Below, in pieces: positions 49,201-57,741 of a stretch of 59,124 nucleotides of DNA. The first letter of the stretch is position 1, and every line of letters begins with the position of its first letter. The notes under the pieces were generated by a model. The model was not told the DNA's origin, did not search any database, and saw only the letters and a program-made list of their open reading frames with translations. Made by a program: the position numbers and the translations under genes. The DNA lies in IMG/VR virus record IMGVR_UViG_3300000228_000009, positions 1 through 59,124 of that record, one strand, 5' to 3'. This DNA comes from a virus. Its lineage: Duplodnaviria > Caudoviricetes.

Positions 49201-49485
49201 AAGTTCTTAGCTGATGGTACTAATAAGTATAATGCCTACACATTAGATAATCCTAATGTAGTTGATGCAGATGGTACCGTTACTACACTTGGCGAAACTC
49301 AGATTTATGGTTTTGACATGACTGCTAATGACTCCCTTGTTATGCCTATTCGTAAAGAGTATGAGGCACACGAAGATCCAACCTTGTTACGGGTGCAGAA
49401 ACAAGGATTCTTTGGATGGGCTGAACTTGGCTTCTGTTGTTTGGATAGCCGTATGCTTGGTATTGGTGTTATTGATCGTTCATAA
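46233..49485 (+). CDS. major capsid protein, spliced (exons 46233-46444, 47537-47605, 48699-49485; 355 aa)
   Basis: exons join in frame: ...AEDFEI|PVWVLPGLGYQAQNFIEGIGEEV|YVPTFSINASADW...; total 1068 nt; followed by a strong terminator. Confidence 0.85.
46445..47536 (+). mobile_element. group I intron 1 in the capsid gene (with homing endonuclease ORF)
   Basis: TATGCTGGAAACTC, AATCAGCAGG, CTCAACGACTA, AAGATATAGTCT cores; IGS AGGAGTCTCG pairs with CGAGAU and UCCU; ends in G. Confidence 0.9.
46557..47378 (+). CDS. intron-encoded LAGLIDADG endonuclease
   Basis: IIGSILGDG and IAVWLCDDG motifs; N-terminal HTH-like segment. Confidence 0.9.
   Translation: MNILKDNKDLLYNLYVKQEKSLSSIAKDYSISSMTVAAWLKRVGIETRKSSVNIYKEIKNTEFSDEQKSLIIGSILGDGSITKGKDCKNARFVERHCAEQLNYLQWKNSILKPFVKSNLIKTPGGCHIISGVICTTQDSYILSTITHPYLTELYNKFYPKGKKCIPEDLNYNLTALSIAVWLCDDGCITCNPGNSTYRLDLHTESFTYNENLFLCREVLSKFFGLGFRINTRMYKSGRAYYICISGKDNLRRITSFLKPFIPSCMLHKFKYYL
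47606..48698 (+). mobile_element. group I intron 2 in the capsid gene (with homing endonuclease ORF)
   Basis: same core elements as intron 1; IGS ATAGGCCTC pairs with GAGGU and CUAU; ends in G48698. Confidence 0.9.
47740..48564 (+). CDS. intron-encoded LAGLIDADG endonuclease (paralog of 46557)
   Basis: IIGSLLGDG, LAVWICDDG; shared TYRLDLHTESFTY. Confidence 0.9.
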   Translation: MKKIDVPEYELLNNLYTEEKKSLIDIATICNTSAMTVRSWLNNLGIEIKQANNDIYKELRYVSLGDHQKSIIIGSLLGDGSLRIPKRGKNAHFYEKHSVDQEEYLHWKYDNLKPFSIHIHRELGKENHNISGVACSTKDSVKLTTTANSDLTKLWKLWYKGNGNKIIPHNLDDYFNKLVLAVWICDDGSFVWNNIRRTYRLDLHTESFTYKEQVRLVESIYKLFKGNILIIPRKYNSGEKFYLSLRNKVALHELCLSLKQYVPECMWYKFNTNI

Positions 49486-49509
49486 TGTTTAGTTTTTAGT
49501 ATTACTTTT

Positions 49510-49535
49510 AAGCCCTACTTCGGTAGGGCTTTTTT
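49510..49535 (+). terminator. intrinsic terminator after the capsid gene
   Basis: AAGCCCTAC-TTCG-GTAGGGCTT-TTTT. Confidence 0.9.
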
Positions 49536-49561
49536 GTTTATATAACATGTTCATAAAACTC

Positions 49562-49590
49562 TTGCTTTAATTAAGTAACTATATTATAAT
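49562..49590 (+). promoter_or_regulatory. sigma70-type promoter
   Basis: TTGCTT-17 nt-TATAAT. Confidence 0.6.
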
Positions 49591-49640
49591 AATAGTGTTT
49601 TATTTTACTTATCAACTCATTAATTTATTATAGGATTATT

Positions 49641-51074
49641 ATGCAAGAATTTAAAACTAAAGTTTGTTTGATGTGTAATGAAGAATACTCACCTACCAGC
49701 CCAAAACAAAAATTTTGTATTAGTTGTAAAGAAAAAGCTGTAAAATTAGCTCAGGCCGAGAGAGACAAAAAACGCAATCGTTTGAAACATAGTACTGTTT
49801 ATGAAAGAATTTGCCCTTTTTGTGAAGCACATTTTCAAACATTTGACTCTAAGAAAAAATACTGTGGTTCTGAAGAATGTGAAAATTTTAGATGTAAGTT
49901 GAAAAGCAAAGTTGGTCATGTTAGAAGGGATAAAACAGCTTTACTTGAGAAAGGAAGAAAATACTATAGTGACAATACAGATAAATGTAGATTAAGTACT
50001 GCTACCAGATATAGAAAAAATAATACAGATGCAAAAGATTACGTTTCTAGAGGTAAGTTTAGGAATTCTTATGAAGAAGTAAAAACTTACATTGAATCTG
50101 AAGGTTATAAACTGATGTCAGATACTTACATAAATAATAGAACTAAACTATCATTACAATGTTCAGAAGGACACCAGTATAGAGCAACTTATCATAGTTT
50201 TAGAAATAATGGTGGTGTACTTGGTAACAGGTGTCCATATTGTTATAGACAAAATAATTATGTGTCAAAACCAGAACAACTAGTTAGAGACTTCATTCAA
50301 ACACACTTCCCTGACTTACAAGTTATTTACAATGACCGCAGTGTCCTAAAGCCAAAAGAACTTGATATTTACATACCATCAAAAAATTTAGCTATCGAAG
50401 TATGTGGGTTATATTGGCACAGTGAAACAGTCACAGGAAAGCCAAAATCTTATCATTACGATAAAATGATGGGTTGTTACGCTAAAGGTATTCAGTTGAT
50501 TACAATATTTGAAGATGAATTATATGAATATAAAGATGTAGTCTTTTCAAATATAAGACAGGCACTAGGAGAAACTCTAAATAAAATTTGTGTCGAAGAT
50601 TGTAATCTAAAAGAAATAACTTTAAAGGAAGCTAATGACTTCTACTCAAAATATCATTTGTGTGGTAAAACTACTGGTACCATCAGTTATGGTTTGTTAC
50701 ATGAAAATAAACTAATTTGTGCATGTAGTGTAGGTCCAGTAATAAAAAATAACAAAGCAAGTGCGTTTAAACTTGATATAAAAAGATTTTGTACTTTACC
50801 AGACACATATTTATCTGATGGATTCACTACAATATTTGAAACAATTAAAACCAATCATAGCTACAAAGAGATAATAGCACATTGTGATATGCGGTATTCC
50901 AACATGTCAGACGATCTATATGCAAGACACGGTTTTACTTTGTTGACACAATCAAAATTTACACCTCATTATTTCAAAAGTCAAAAAAGATTTAAAAATT
51001 CATTAAATGCAAACAATAATTATGGATTAATTTGGGATTGTGGTCATAGAACCCACATTTATAAAATAAACTAA
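49641..51074 (+). CDS. free-standing homing-type endonuclease (Zn fingers + Vsr-like nuclease + GNAT-like C-terminus)
   Basis: KELDIYIPSKNLAIEVCGLYWHSE, ITIFEDE, CDMRYS, IWDCG; multiple CxxC. Confidence 0.75.
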   Translation: MQEFKTKVCLMCNEEYSPTSPKQKFCISCKEKAVKLAQAERDKKRNRLKHSTVYERICPFCEAHFQTFDSKKKYCGSEECENFRCKLKSKVGHVRRDKTALLEKGRKYYSDNTDKCRLSTATRYRKNNTDAKDYVSRGKFRNSYEEVKTYIESEGYKLMSDTYINNRTKLSLQCSEGHQYRATYHSFRNNGGVLGNRCPYCYRQNNYVSKPEQLVRDFIQTHFPDLQVIYNDRSVLKPKELDIYIPSKNLAIEVCGLYWHSETVTGKPKSYHYDKMMGCYAKGIQLITIFEDELYEYKDVVFSNIRQALGETLNKICVEDCNLKEITLKEANDFYSKYHLCGKTTGTISYGLLHENKLICACSVGPVIKNNKASAFKLDIKRFCTLPDTYLSDGFTTIFETIKTNHSYKEIIAHCDMRYSNMSDDLYARHGFTLLTQSKFTPHYFKSQKRFKNSLNANNNYGLIWDCGHRTHIYKIN

Positions 51075-51198
51075 CTAGTGTATTATGTATAACACATTCT
51101 ACCTGATGTGTAAAATTGTGATTAGTCTATCTTCAATGTCGTCAACATTCAGCATGCGTGACGGTGGAATATGAAATTGGGCCGGGACTTGAAGAAAA

Positions 51199-51384
51199 AT
51201 GACTGAATCATTATCACAAAAGCAAGAGACAGAAACATTGTTACTTTCTGACGCTGAATGGTCAAAGTGGAAGAAAAAATCAAGAAAAGCAGTAATGCTG
51301 CTGATATTAAAAACATTTGCTAAAGTGATTCTTGCGGTATCAATGATGACTGGGCTTGTGCATTTAATGTGGAATGATGTATGA
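51199..51384 (+). CDS. small membrane protein
   Basis: C-terminal hydrophobic helix; lies inside the insert. Confidence 0.4.
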   Translation: MTESLSQKQETETLLLSDAEWSKWKKKSRKAVMLLILKTFAKVILAVSMMTGLVHLMWNDV

Positions 51385-51581
51385 AATTAACAACTGGAGA
51401 TAATAACATGATAGAGACTATTATTGGCAAATCAACCGTGGTTGGGAATAAAATTGTTGAAAACAATGAACTTAAATGGACATTCATTTTTCCTGTAGGC
51501 ACCGAAATAAATGCCGTCATTGATGAGACTGGTGGAAACGTCTCTTTTCTGGTTCCTGATTATGATTCTTTGTTAGTTTGA
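51381..51581 (+). CDS. hypothetical protein
   Basis: ATGA overlap with the previous ORF. Confidence 0.45.
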   Translation: MKLTTGDNNMIETIIGKSTVVGNKIVENNELKWTFIFPVGTEINAVIDETGGNVSFLVPDYDSLLV

Positions 51582-51712
51582 TACGGAAAACGGGGTATGA
51601 ATGAAGAAAAAGAGTTACACGGATAATGTGGTGCGTGTTGAACTCTTATAAGGATTAATTTGAGATTGTGTTCATATAATCCACATTTATAAAATAAACT
51701 AACTAGTATATC

Positions 51713-52033
51713 ATGAACAATATAATTTTATTTTTAATAGCTGTTATTATAACAGAAAGCATTACTGAAATAATAAGCAAGTCTTCTTTATTCGAACCAT
51801 TAAGAAAGTGGTTATTTAAGAATAAAAGCAATAAACTTTTAAGTTTTATGCATGACCTACTTGATTGTGGTTTTTGTTTATCTGTTTGGGTTGGAACTAT
51901 TGTAGGAAATTTGTTACTGGATTTTAAAATTATAACAATTTGGTTAGACTGGTTAATTATAGGTTTATTAGTGCATAAATGTTCAAATGTATTACATAAT
52001 CTGATAGATCGGACAAGGGGATTTAAAGACTAA
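51713..52033 (+). CDS. DUF1360-like membrane protein
   Basis: FEPLRKW...LLDCGFCLSVWVG motif. Confidence 0.6.
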   Translation: MNNIILFLIAVIITESITEIISKSSLFEPLRKWLFKNKSNKLLSFMHDLLDCGFCLSVWVGTIVGNLLLDFKIITIWLDWLIIGLLVHKCSNVLHNLIDRTRGFKD

Positions 52034-52057
52034 TTTTTTGGAAAAGGAGTATTTATT

Positions 52058-52516
52058 ATGGATGGTTACATAAAAAGTAAAAAAACATCTTGGGTACATA
52101 TATTTAAAATGAGTGTTCGGCCTGGAGGTACTATACCTCTTGCTGACTTGTATAATCTTTATGGTAAAAGGTATAATATTGCAGAAAAAGATTTTGTTAC
52201 GTGGCTTAAAGACGTAAAATTGAAAGGTTCTATAGATGATTGGTTAATTATAGAGGAAACTCTTACTGATACACTTAAAGAGATACCAAACGTTTCTGAA
52301 GAAAAAGAAAAATCTTTAACTGTACCTATTAATAAAATGACTATTCATGATCTAATGGATTTACCTGTTCGTAAAGCCCGAGAGGTTATTCCTGGTATTA
52401 TGGATATTAAACTTCTTAAATTTGCTTTAAGAGAGTTAAAGCCTTTACCTAATAAAGAATCTATATGTAGGATTATAGATAAAAGAATTATGGAGTTGAG
52501 TATTAACCCTCATTAA
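52058..52516 (+). CDS. hypothetical protein
   Basis: AAGGAG RBS. Confidence 0.6.
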   Translation: MDGYIKSKKTSWVHIFKMSVRPGGTIPLADLYNLYGKRYNIAEKDFVTWLKDVKLKGSIDDWLIIEETLTDTLKEIPNVSEEKEKSLTVPINKMTIHDLMDLPVRKAREVIPGIMDIKLLKFALRELKPLPNKESICRIIDKRIMELSINPH

Positions 52517-52631
52517 TTTTATAACATTTATCTGTATAATGTTTAAGTTGCTTCTTTGAGTTATCAACCATACTTTTTATATTTATATAGATAGTAAATT
52601 TTAATAACTTTTATACATAAGGAGTAATAAA

Positions 52632-54371
52632 ATGGCCTACGAAGATATTGCTGCAGATGTCACAGTTGACAAAGCAACAAAGATTATTGATTATATCGGA
52701 ACTGCTCATGGAGTAGCAGCAGCAGGGTACTACACAGGTATTTATCTACATAGGTGGCTGGGAAGTTTAGCTGATGATGCCCAGGCATCTACTGGTTCTG
52801 GTGACTACATGGATATGACGAAGTTGACGCCTTCCCAGAGAAACGGTATCGACCAGATTATCCAGGTGTTGAATGGATATACCCTAACTGAGACGTTGAT
52901 TGAGCATCTTTATGATTGTTCTGTTATTATGAACAACGGATCAGACATATATGATGGTTTTGCTCTGATTGCTGGTGAGGGTTGTGACCTACAGATCGTT
53001 CAAAATGGGGCTGTTGTGGTCAATGACTTCTGGAACACCGTTCCTAATGGTCAGACAACTAAAGGATTGAATCGTGACCTTACTAAAGGAATTGCGTCCC
53101 GTTTCTTGCTGAAAGTACGAAGCTCCGGAGCAGATATTGACCTAAGAAGGGTTCTTGGACAAACCCGTGTTTTTGGGTACACCTTCTCAGAGTTCCTTGT
53201 AAATGGCTCTGCTCGTGGTAACAATGTTATCGCCCTGAACTATGCGGCTGACAACAATAACCTCACTGCCGAGGCAACAGTAGCCACCTGGACAGATATT
53301 ACCCTGACCACAGAAGGGTATAATGCCATCGACGTTGATGCCAATACAGTAAACGAATATTATTACTCAAAGTGGAATGTCAATAAACCGACCCGCTCGA
53401 TAAATAATTTCTATGAGCGCATCAAATGGTTGCAGCGGCAGGCATCAGCCTCCACAGTTTATGGCCTGAACGGTGAATTGTTCCGTGGAGTTACTCACCA
53501 AATTGCCTACTCATCACTCACAGGTGTCTTTGATGACAGCAATGCTATAACATTCAGCAGTGGAGGCACTGCTCAGATTCTGGCGGATGATGGTTCTGGT
53601 GTTATGTGGGTTCAGCTTCTTACAGGTGCCCCTCCTGTTGCCACCAATACTATCTCACAGACGGTGCCGGATGCGGCATCTGCTACTATCTCAACAATGA
53701 CAGAGCGGACACTGAGCTTTCCGTCTTGTGGACAATCTACCGGTTCTGCTCTTCTTGGTGGCTATGGTTTTGGTGTTGAGACTGATGATCTTACCAGTAA
53801 TGATAAGATCACGGCCCTTGATAATGTGCAACGTAATCCACCTAATAATCAGGTGTTCTATGTAAATGGTGTTGTTTCTACGGAAGATTACGTTCTTCTT
53901 GGATTGAAGAACGGAGGCAGTACTGATATAGATTCAGGTCAGTTCTTGTTGAGTACGGCTATTACAGGAGCTTCAACTTCTGTTGTTGCAAAAGTTGGAA
54001 CAGAAACTCCTGGAACCAGTACAAAGTCTGCTTTGGATACACCGACTACTGGGACAATTCGTGTTGAAGGTGATGATGGAATTTACTACAGAGTACCTTA
54101 TACTGGGTTCACTGTTCAGGCTTCCACAATTACCTTTACCGGCTGTTCAAGTTGTCCTACGGCAGCAGTCGATAATGATGTTTATATCAGTTACATTGAC
54201 AAGCTGGCAGATGCTACTTCTCTCAGTTATTTGGCAACTTATCATTCAGACAGAGCTTTGTTTGGGCGTATTCGGGACGGAAAAACCACGCCTATTAAGA
54301 CATTTGAAGGGACTGGTACTTTCGGCTCTGCCGGTGGTTCAATTTCGGTCTTGAGACAATCGGATGAATAA
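52632..54371 (+). CDS. putative virion structural protein
   Basis: 579 aa, Thr/Gly/Ser-rich; late region; AAGGAG RBS. Confidence 0.55.
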   Translation: MAYEDIAADVTVDKATKIIDYIGTAHGVAAAGYYTGIYLHRWLGSLADDAQASTGSGDYMDMTKLTPSQRNGIDQIIQVLNGYTLTETLIEHLYDCSVIMNNGSDIYDGFALIAGEGCDLQIVQNGAVVVNDFWNTVPNGQTTKGLNRDLTKGIASRFLLKVRSSGADIDLRRVLGQTRVFGYTFSEFLVNGSARGNNVIALNYAADNNNLTAEATVATWTDITLTTEGYNAIDVDANTVNEYYYSKWNVNKPTRSINNFYERIKWLQRQASASTVYGLNGELFRGVTHQIAYSSLTGVFDDSNAITFSSGGTAQILADDGSGVMWVQLLTGAPPVATNTISQTVPDAASATISTMTERTLSFPSCGQSTGSALLGGYGFGVETDDLTSNDKITALDNVQRNPPNNQVFYVNGVVSTEDYVLLGLKNGGSTDIDSGQFLLSTAITGASTSVVAKVGTETPGTSTKSALDTPTTGTIRVEGDDGIYYRVPYTGFTVQASTITFTGCSSCPTAAVDNDVYISYIDKLADATSLSYLATYHSDRALFGRIRDGKTTPIKTFEGTGTFGSAGGSISVLRQSDE

Positions 54372-56903
54372 ATGGCGAAGATAAGAGACTATGCAGTTTC
54401 TATTGAGACTGTTGCCGTTGCATCGATGGCAGTGGAGATGCCATTGCATGAGACTGGGGACTTGCTGCTGTTTTTTTTCAATAAGGACACAGCAAGTGGC
54501 GGGCCTGCTACGCCTTCTGGCTGGAGTACAGTTACTGGATTCACGAACCCTTTGAACTCCACTGGGTCTGGTAACTATCTCTTTGCCAAGCGGGCTACTT
54601 CCTCTGCCGAGGCTCTTGGGTCGGTTGCATATACATCGGAAACAGCCATAGCCATTGTTATATCAATACGAGGGTGCTATGGATCCACTGTTACCGATGC
54701 TATATCAAACGCGCTTACGGCAACAGTTAATGACTCAACACTTCCGCTCGATGGGGGTACTGGCTTTACTCCAACGTATGCAAATTCCCTGGTAGTGTCT
54801 TTACTTGGAACTGATACAGGTTTGGGGCCGTTTTGCCTCCCCGGATGGGAACATTTATTCGGCGGTGACACGGCTGCAAACTCTCTTGCGGTGAGCTACA
54901 CTTTTCAACGCACGGCAGCTTCACTTACTCATCCTGGATATTGGGGCGGTACTCAGGATGATTCAAAATGGGCGTTACTGGCCATAAGAGATGATGGAAA
55001 CGGACAAATTCCCGCGTATGTAGACAGAGATACAGTGCCTTCGTATTTGTTGGCCCCACTTGTTATGCTTGCTACCGCTGATAAAGGAACTTGGGAGCTT
55101 GTCTCGAATGACATAACGTCTGTTACATTGACAAATGGCGGCGCATCCAAGACACTCACTCAGGTTGACCCTACAGCTACAGCCGACTGCGGGTATAACC
55201 CATTTAATGCGGCAGCAAAAGTTACCGCTGCTTCTAATAAAACCAATGTCTATGCGTCGCAACTCAGGAGAACTGCGGTTGATGATTTGACGGTTGGCAA
55301 TGGGGTTATTTTTGGGACTTGGCGACCCACAGTACCACGAGACTATCTCGATATGGGAAAGGTTGTTGCCGGCGGAATGGATATAATGATTGCGGACGCA
55401 TCGAATAATTACAGGATGTGGTGTATCGGGGCACAATTATCAAAGACAACAAAAACGTCTGATCGTCAAAATTATAACATAGAGGTGGCTTCGGAAGATA
55501 CTGATTGGGCTGAATCTGCAACAAACCCTACCTTATCAGCTATCGAGGATTGGTATCTTTGTGGAAGTGGTTATTTCGGAGCAATGGCTGCGGAGTGGTC
55601 TGGACTGTACCTGCTTAACAATTTTGTCATTGCTGGAGGCTCATCAACAGTCCCGATGACGCTTGACGATGTTATCTCTGCTGTCAATAACGGCGGTGGA
55701 TATATGCCGTTCATTGAAAAGGCGGGGGCTGCTGGTACAGTCTGGGTTCCTTTACAGTTTGGTGGTGGCGAGGCGTGCCATACAGGTATCAACCTTGGTG
55801 TAATTCAATTCCCGCGCAAAGCAGACGGGGTGGATTATCTTGATTCCCACCTATCAAACAATAAGCACGGCGTGGAATTTTACGGACAGGATCGCGGGGG
55901 TGGCGATGTAGATACGCTTTCATTTACCAATACCGTTTTCACTTCTGAGACACCATTCTATTGGCGGTTTAATGCCAGTCATGCGGCTGGGGCGTCCATA
56001 GACTTTAGTGGGGCGACTGTTGTAATGGCGACGGTAACACTTCGTTCAACGGTTTCTCTATCTGTGGTGGCCTTTATTAACTGTCCATCATTTATCCAGA
56101 ATGGGGCCGTACTTGCATCGTGTTCAATCGCTGGAACTACAATCTTGTCCGGTGCCCCAAACAATATCTCAGATTGCAATTTCTCTTGTTCAGCCGAACA
56201 TGGCATTGAGATAACAACTCCAGGTACTTACTCATTTTCAGGGAATCAATTTAGTGGGTATGGAGCAGACGGAACAACTACCGCTGCTGTCTATAACAAT
56301 TCTGCTGGTGCTGTAACTCTGAATATTGTTGGTGGAGGCGGTACACCAACAGTGCGGAATGGTGCGGGGGCGAGTACCACAATTATAGCTGGTTCTGTAA
56401 CAACCATAGTAACCGTCACAACAGATACAGGTACTCCAATACCAAGTGCGGCGGTGGCTCTTTATGCCAAGGATGCAACAGGAAATCTTCCTTATCAGGA
56501 ACCGGTAACCATTACCAATTCAGGAACTACTGCAACTGTAGCGCACACTGCCCATGGGATGCTGACTAATGATAAGAGCCTTATCAACGGAGCTTCTCTT
56601 GATGCTAACAATGGGGTCTATGCAATAACAGTAACATCCGTTGACCAGTACACCTACACAATGGGAAGCACACCAGGGAGTGATCCAACGGGGACAATAA
56701 CTGCTACCTGGACGGCATTATATGGAACAACAGATGCAAACGGACAGATAAGTATGAGCAGAGTTTTCTCTGTAGATCAACCTGTCAGTGGGTGGGCCAG
56801 AAAATCAACATCCGCACCCTACTATAAAACCGGCCCTATTTCTGGAACAATAGATTCAGGGACGGGAGCAAGTTTAACAGCATTGTTATTGAGTGATGAA
56901 TAA
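54372..56903 (+). CDS. putative tail/fibre-associated protein with beta-helix-like segment
   Basis: 843 aa; HGIEITTPGTYSFSGNQFSGYG beta-helix-like pattern. Confidence 0.55.
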   Translation: MAKIRDYAVSIETVAVASMAVEMPLHETGDLLLFFFNKDTASGGPATPSGWSTVTGFTNPLNSTGSGNYLFAKRATSSAEALGSVAYTSETAIAIVISIRGCYGSTVTDAISNALTATVNDSTLPLDGGTGFTPTYANSLVVSLLGTDTGLGPFCLPGWEHLFGGDTAANSLAVSYTFQRTAASLTHPGYWGGTQDDSKWALLAIRDDGNGQIPAYVDRDTVPSYLLAPLVMLATADKGTWELVSNDITSVTLTNGGASKTLTQVDPTATADCGYNPFNAAAKVTAASNKTNVYASQLRRTAVDDLTVGNGVIFGTWRPTVPRDYLDMGKVVAGGMDIMIADASNNYRMWCIGAQLSKTTKTSDRQNYNIEVASEDTDWAESATNPTLSAIEDWYLCGSGYFGAMAAEWSGLYLLNNFVIAGGSSTVPMTLDDVISAVNNGGGYMPFIEKAGAAGTVWVPLQFGGGEACHTGINLGVIQFPRKADGVDYLDSHLSNNKHGVEFYGQDRGGGDVDTLSFTNTVFTSETPFYWRFNASHAAGASIDFSGATVVMATVTLRSTVSLSVVAFINCPSFIQNGAVLASCSIAGTTILSGAPNNISDCNFSCSAEHGIEITTPGTYSFSGNQFSGYGADGTTTAAVYNNSAGAVTLNIVGGGGTPTVRNGAGASTTIIAGSVTTIVTVTTDTGTPIPSAAVALYAKDATGNLPYQEPVTITNSGTTATVAHTAHGMLTNDKSLINGASLDANNGVYAITVTSVDQYTYTMGSTPGSDPTGTITATWTALYGTTDANGQISMSRVFSVDQPVSGWARKSTSAPYYKTGPISGTIDSGTGASLTALLLSDE

Positions 56904-57124
56904 TGGCCTACGATTCTGAATACGATGGCAGAATGCTTGCTGCCACAAGAAACATTGAGGCTATCTTTGTTGCTTTGAATCATTTTGAGAGCAAGCGGGC
57001 TGCTGATGCGCAAAGAGTGGAAGATTTGATGATGACAGTTACTCAACTTACCCAACAGGTTAATGGTCTCAATCAGAAGGTAGCTTTACTTCAAGCACAA
57101 TTATACCAGGCTGGAATTAGGTGA
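56903..57124 (+). CDS. small coiled-coil protein
   Basis: overlaps the previous stop; heptads. Confidence 0.55.
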   Translation: MAYDSEYDGRMLAATRNIEAIFVALNHFESKRAADAQRVEDLMMTVTQLTQQVNGLNQKVALLQAQLYQAGIR

Positions 57125-57222
57125 TTGATATTGATGGCGGATAGGATCGCTTCCGAAAAGCTGCAACTCACAGCCTGCCGCCATTATTTATTTTGAGTAA
57201 AGTTCAAAAGGAGTTTTGAAAA

Positions 57223-57741
57223 ATGTTAACACAAGAGCGAGTAAAGGAGTTATTTAGGTACGAGGATGGTAATTTGATTAGGCGGGTACGCACTAGTAAC
57301 TGTGTGAATATCGGCGATGTTGCTGGGTGTGTAAATGGTTTGGGTTATTTGCGAACAATGGTAGATGGGAAACGCTATTTTAACCATCGGCTGGTCTTCT
57401 TGTTCCACTATGGGTATACGCCAGAAAATCAAGTTGACCATATTGACAGAAATAGAACAAACAACAAGATAAACAACCTTAGAGAAGTCTCTAATTCATG
57501 TAATGTAAGGAATTCAAAGCAACCAAGAAATAACACTTCCGGTATTAAGGGTGTTTCTTGGTTTAAGAGAGCCAAAAAATGGATAGCATACATTGAGGCT
57601 GGTGGCTCACGAAAACATCTTGGCAGGTTTACCGACTTAACCGAGGCCATCGCTCACCGTTTTGCCGCTGAACAGTGTCTTAACTGGAGCAATTGTGACT
57701 CAAATTCTCCTGCTTACCAATATATGAAGGACAAGAAATGA
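57223..57741 (+). CDS. HNH endonuclease with AP2 domain
   Basis: HRLVF...VDHIDRNRTNNKINNLR and NTSGIKGVSW...WIAYI...KHLGRF. Confidence 0.9.
   Translation: MLTQERVKELFRYEDGNLIRRVRTSNCVNIGDVAGCVNGLGYLRTMVDGKRYFNHRLVFLFHYGYTPENQVDHIDRNRTNNKINNLREVSNSCNVRNSKQPRNNTSGIKGVSWFKRAKKWIAYIEAGGSRKHLGRFTDLTEAIAHRFAAEQCLNWSNCDSNSPAYQYMKDKK

Larger units (their letters stand above)
51053..51707. repeat. 27-bp direct repeats flanking a ~600-bp insert
   Basis: CCACATTTATAAAATAAACTAACTAGT at 51053-51079 and 51681-51707. Confidence 0.9.

Noticed and set aside
48883-49485. independent 200-aa ORF starting at TTG
   Set aside because: it is part of capsid exon 3, which is open from 48699
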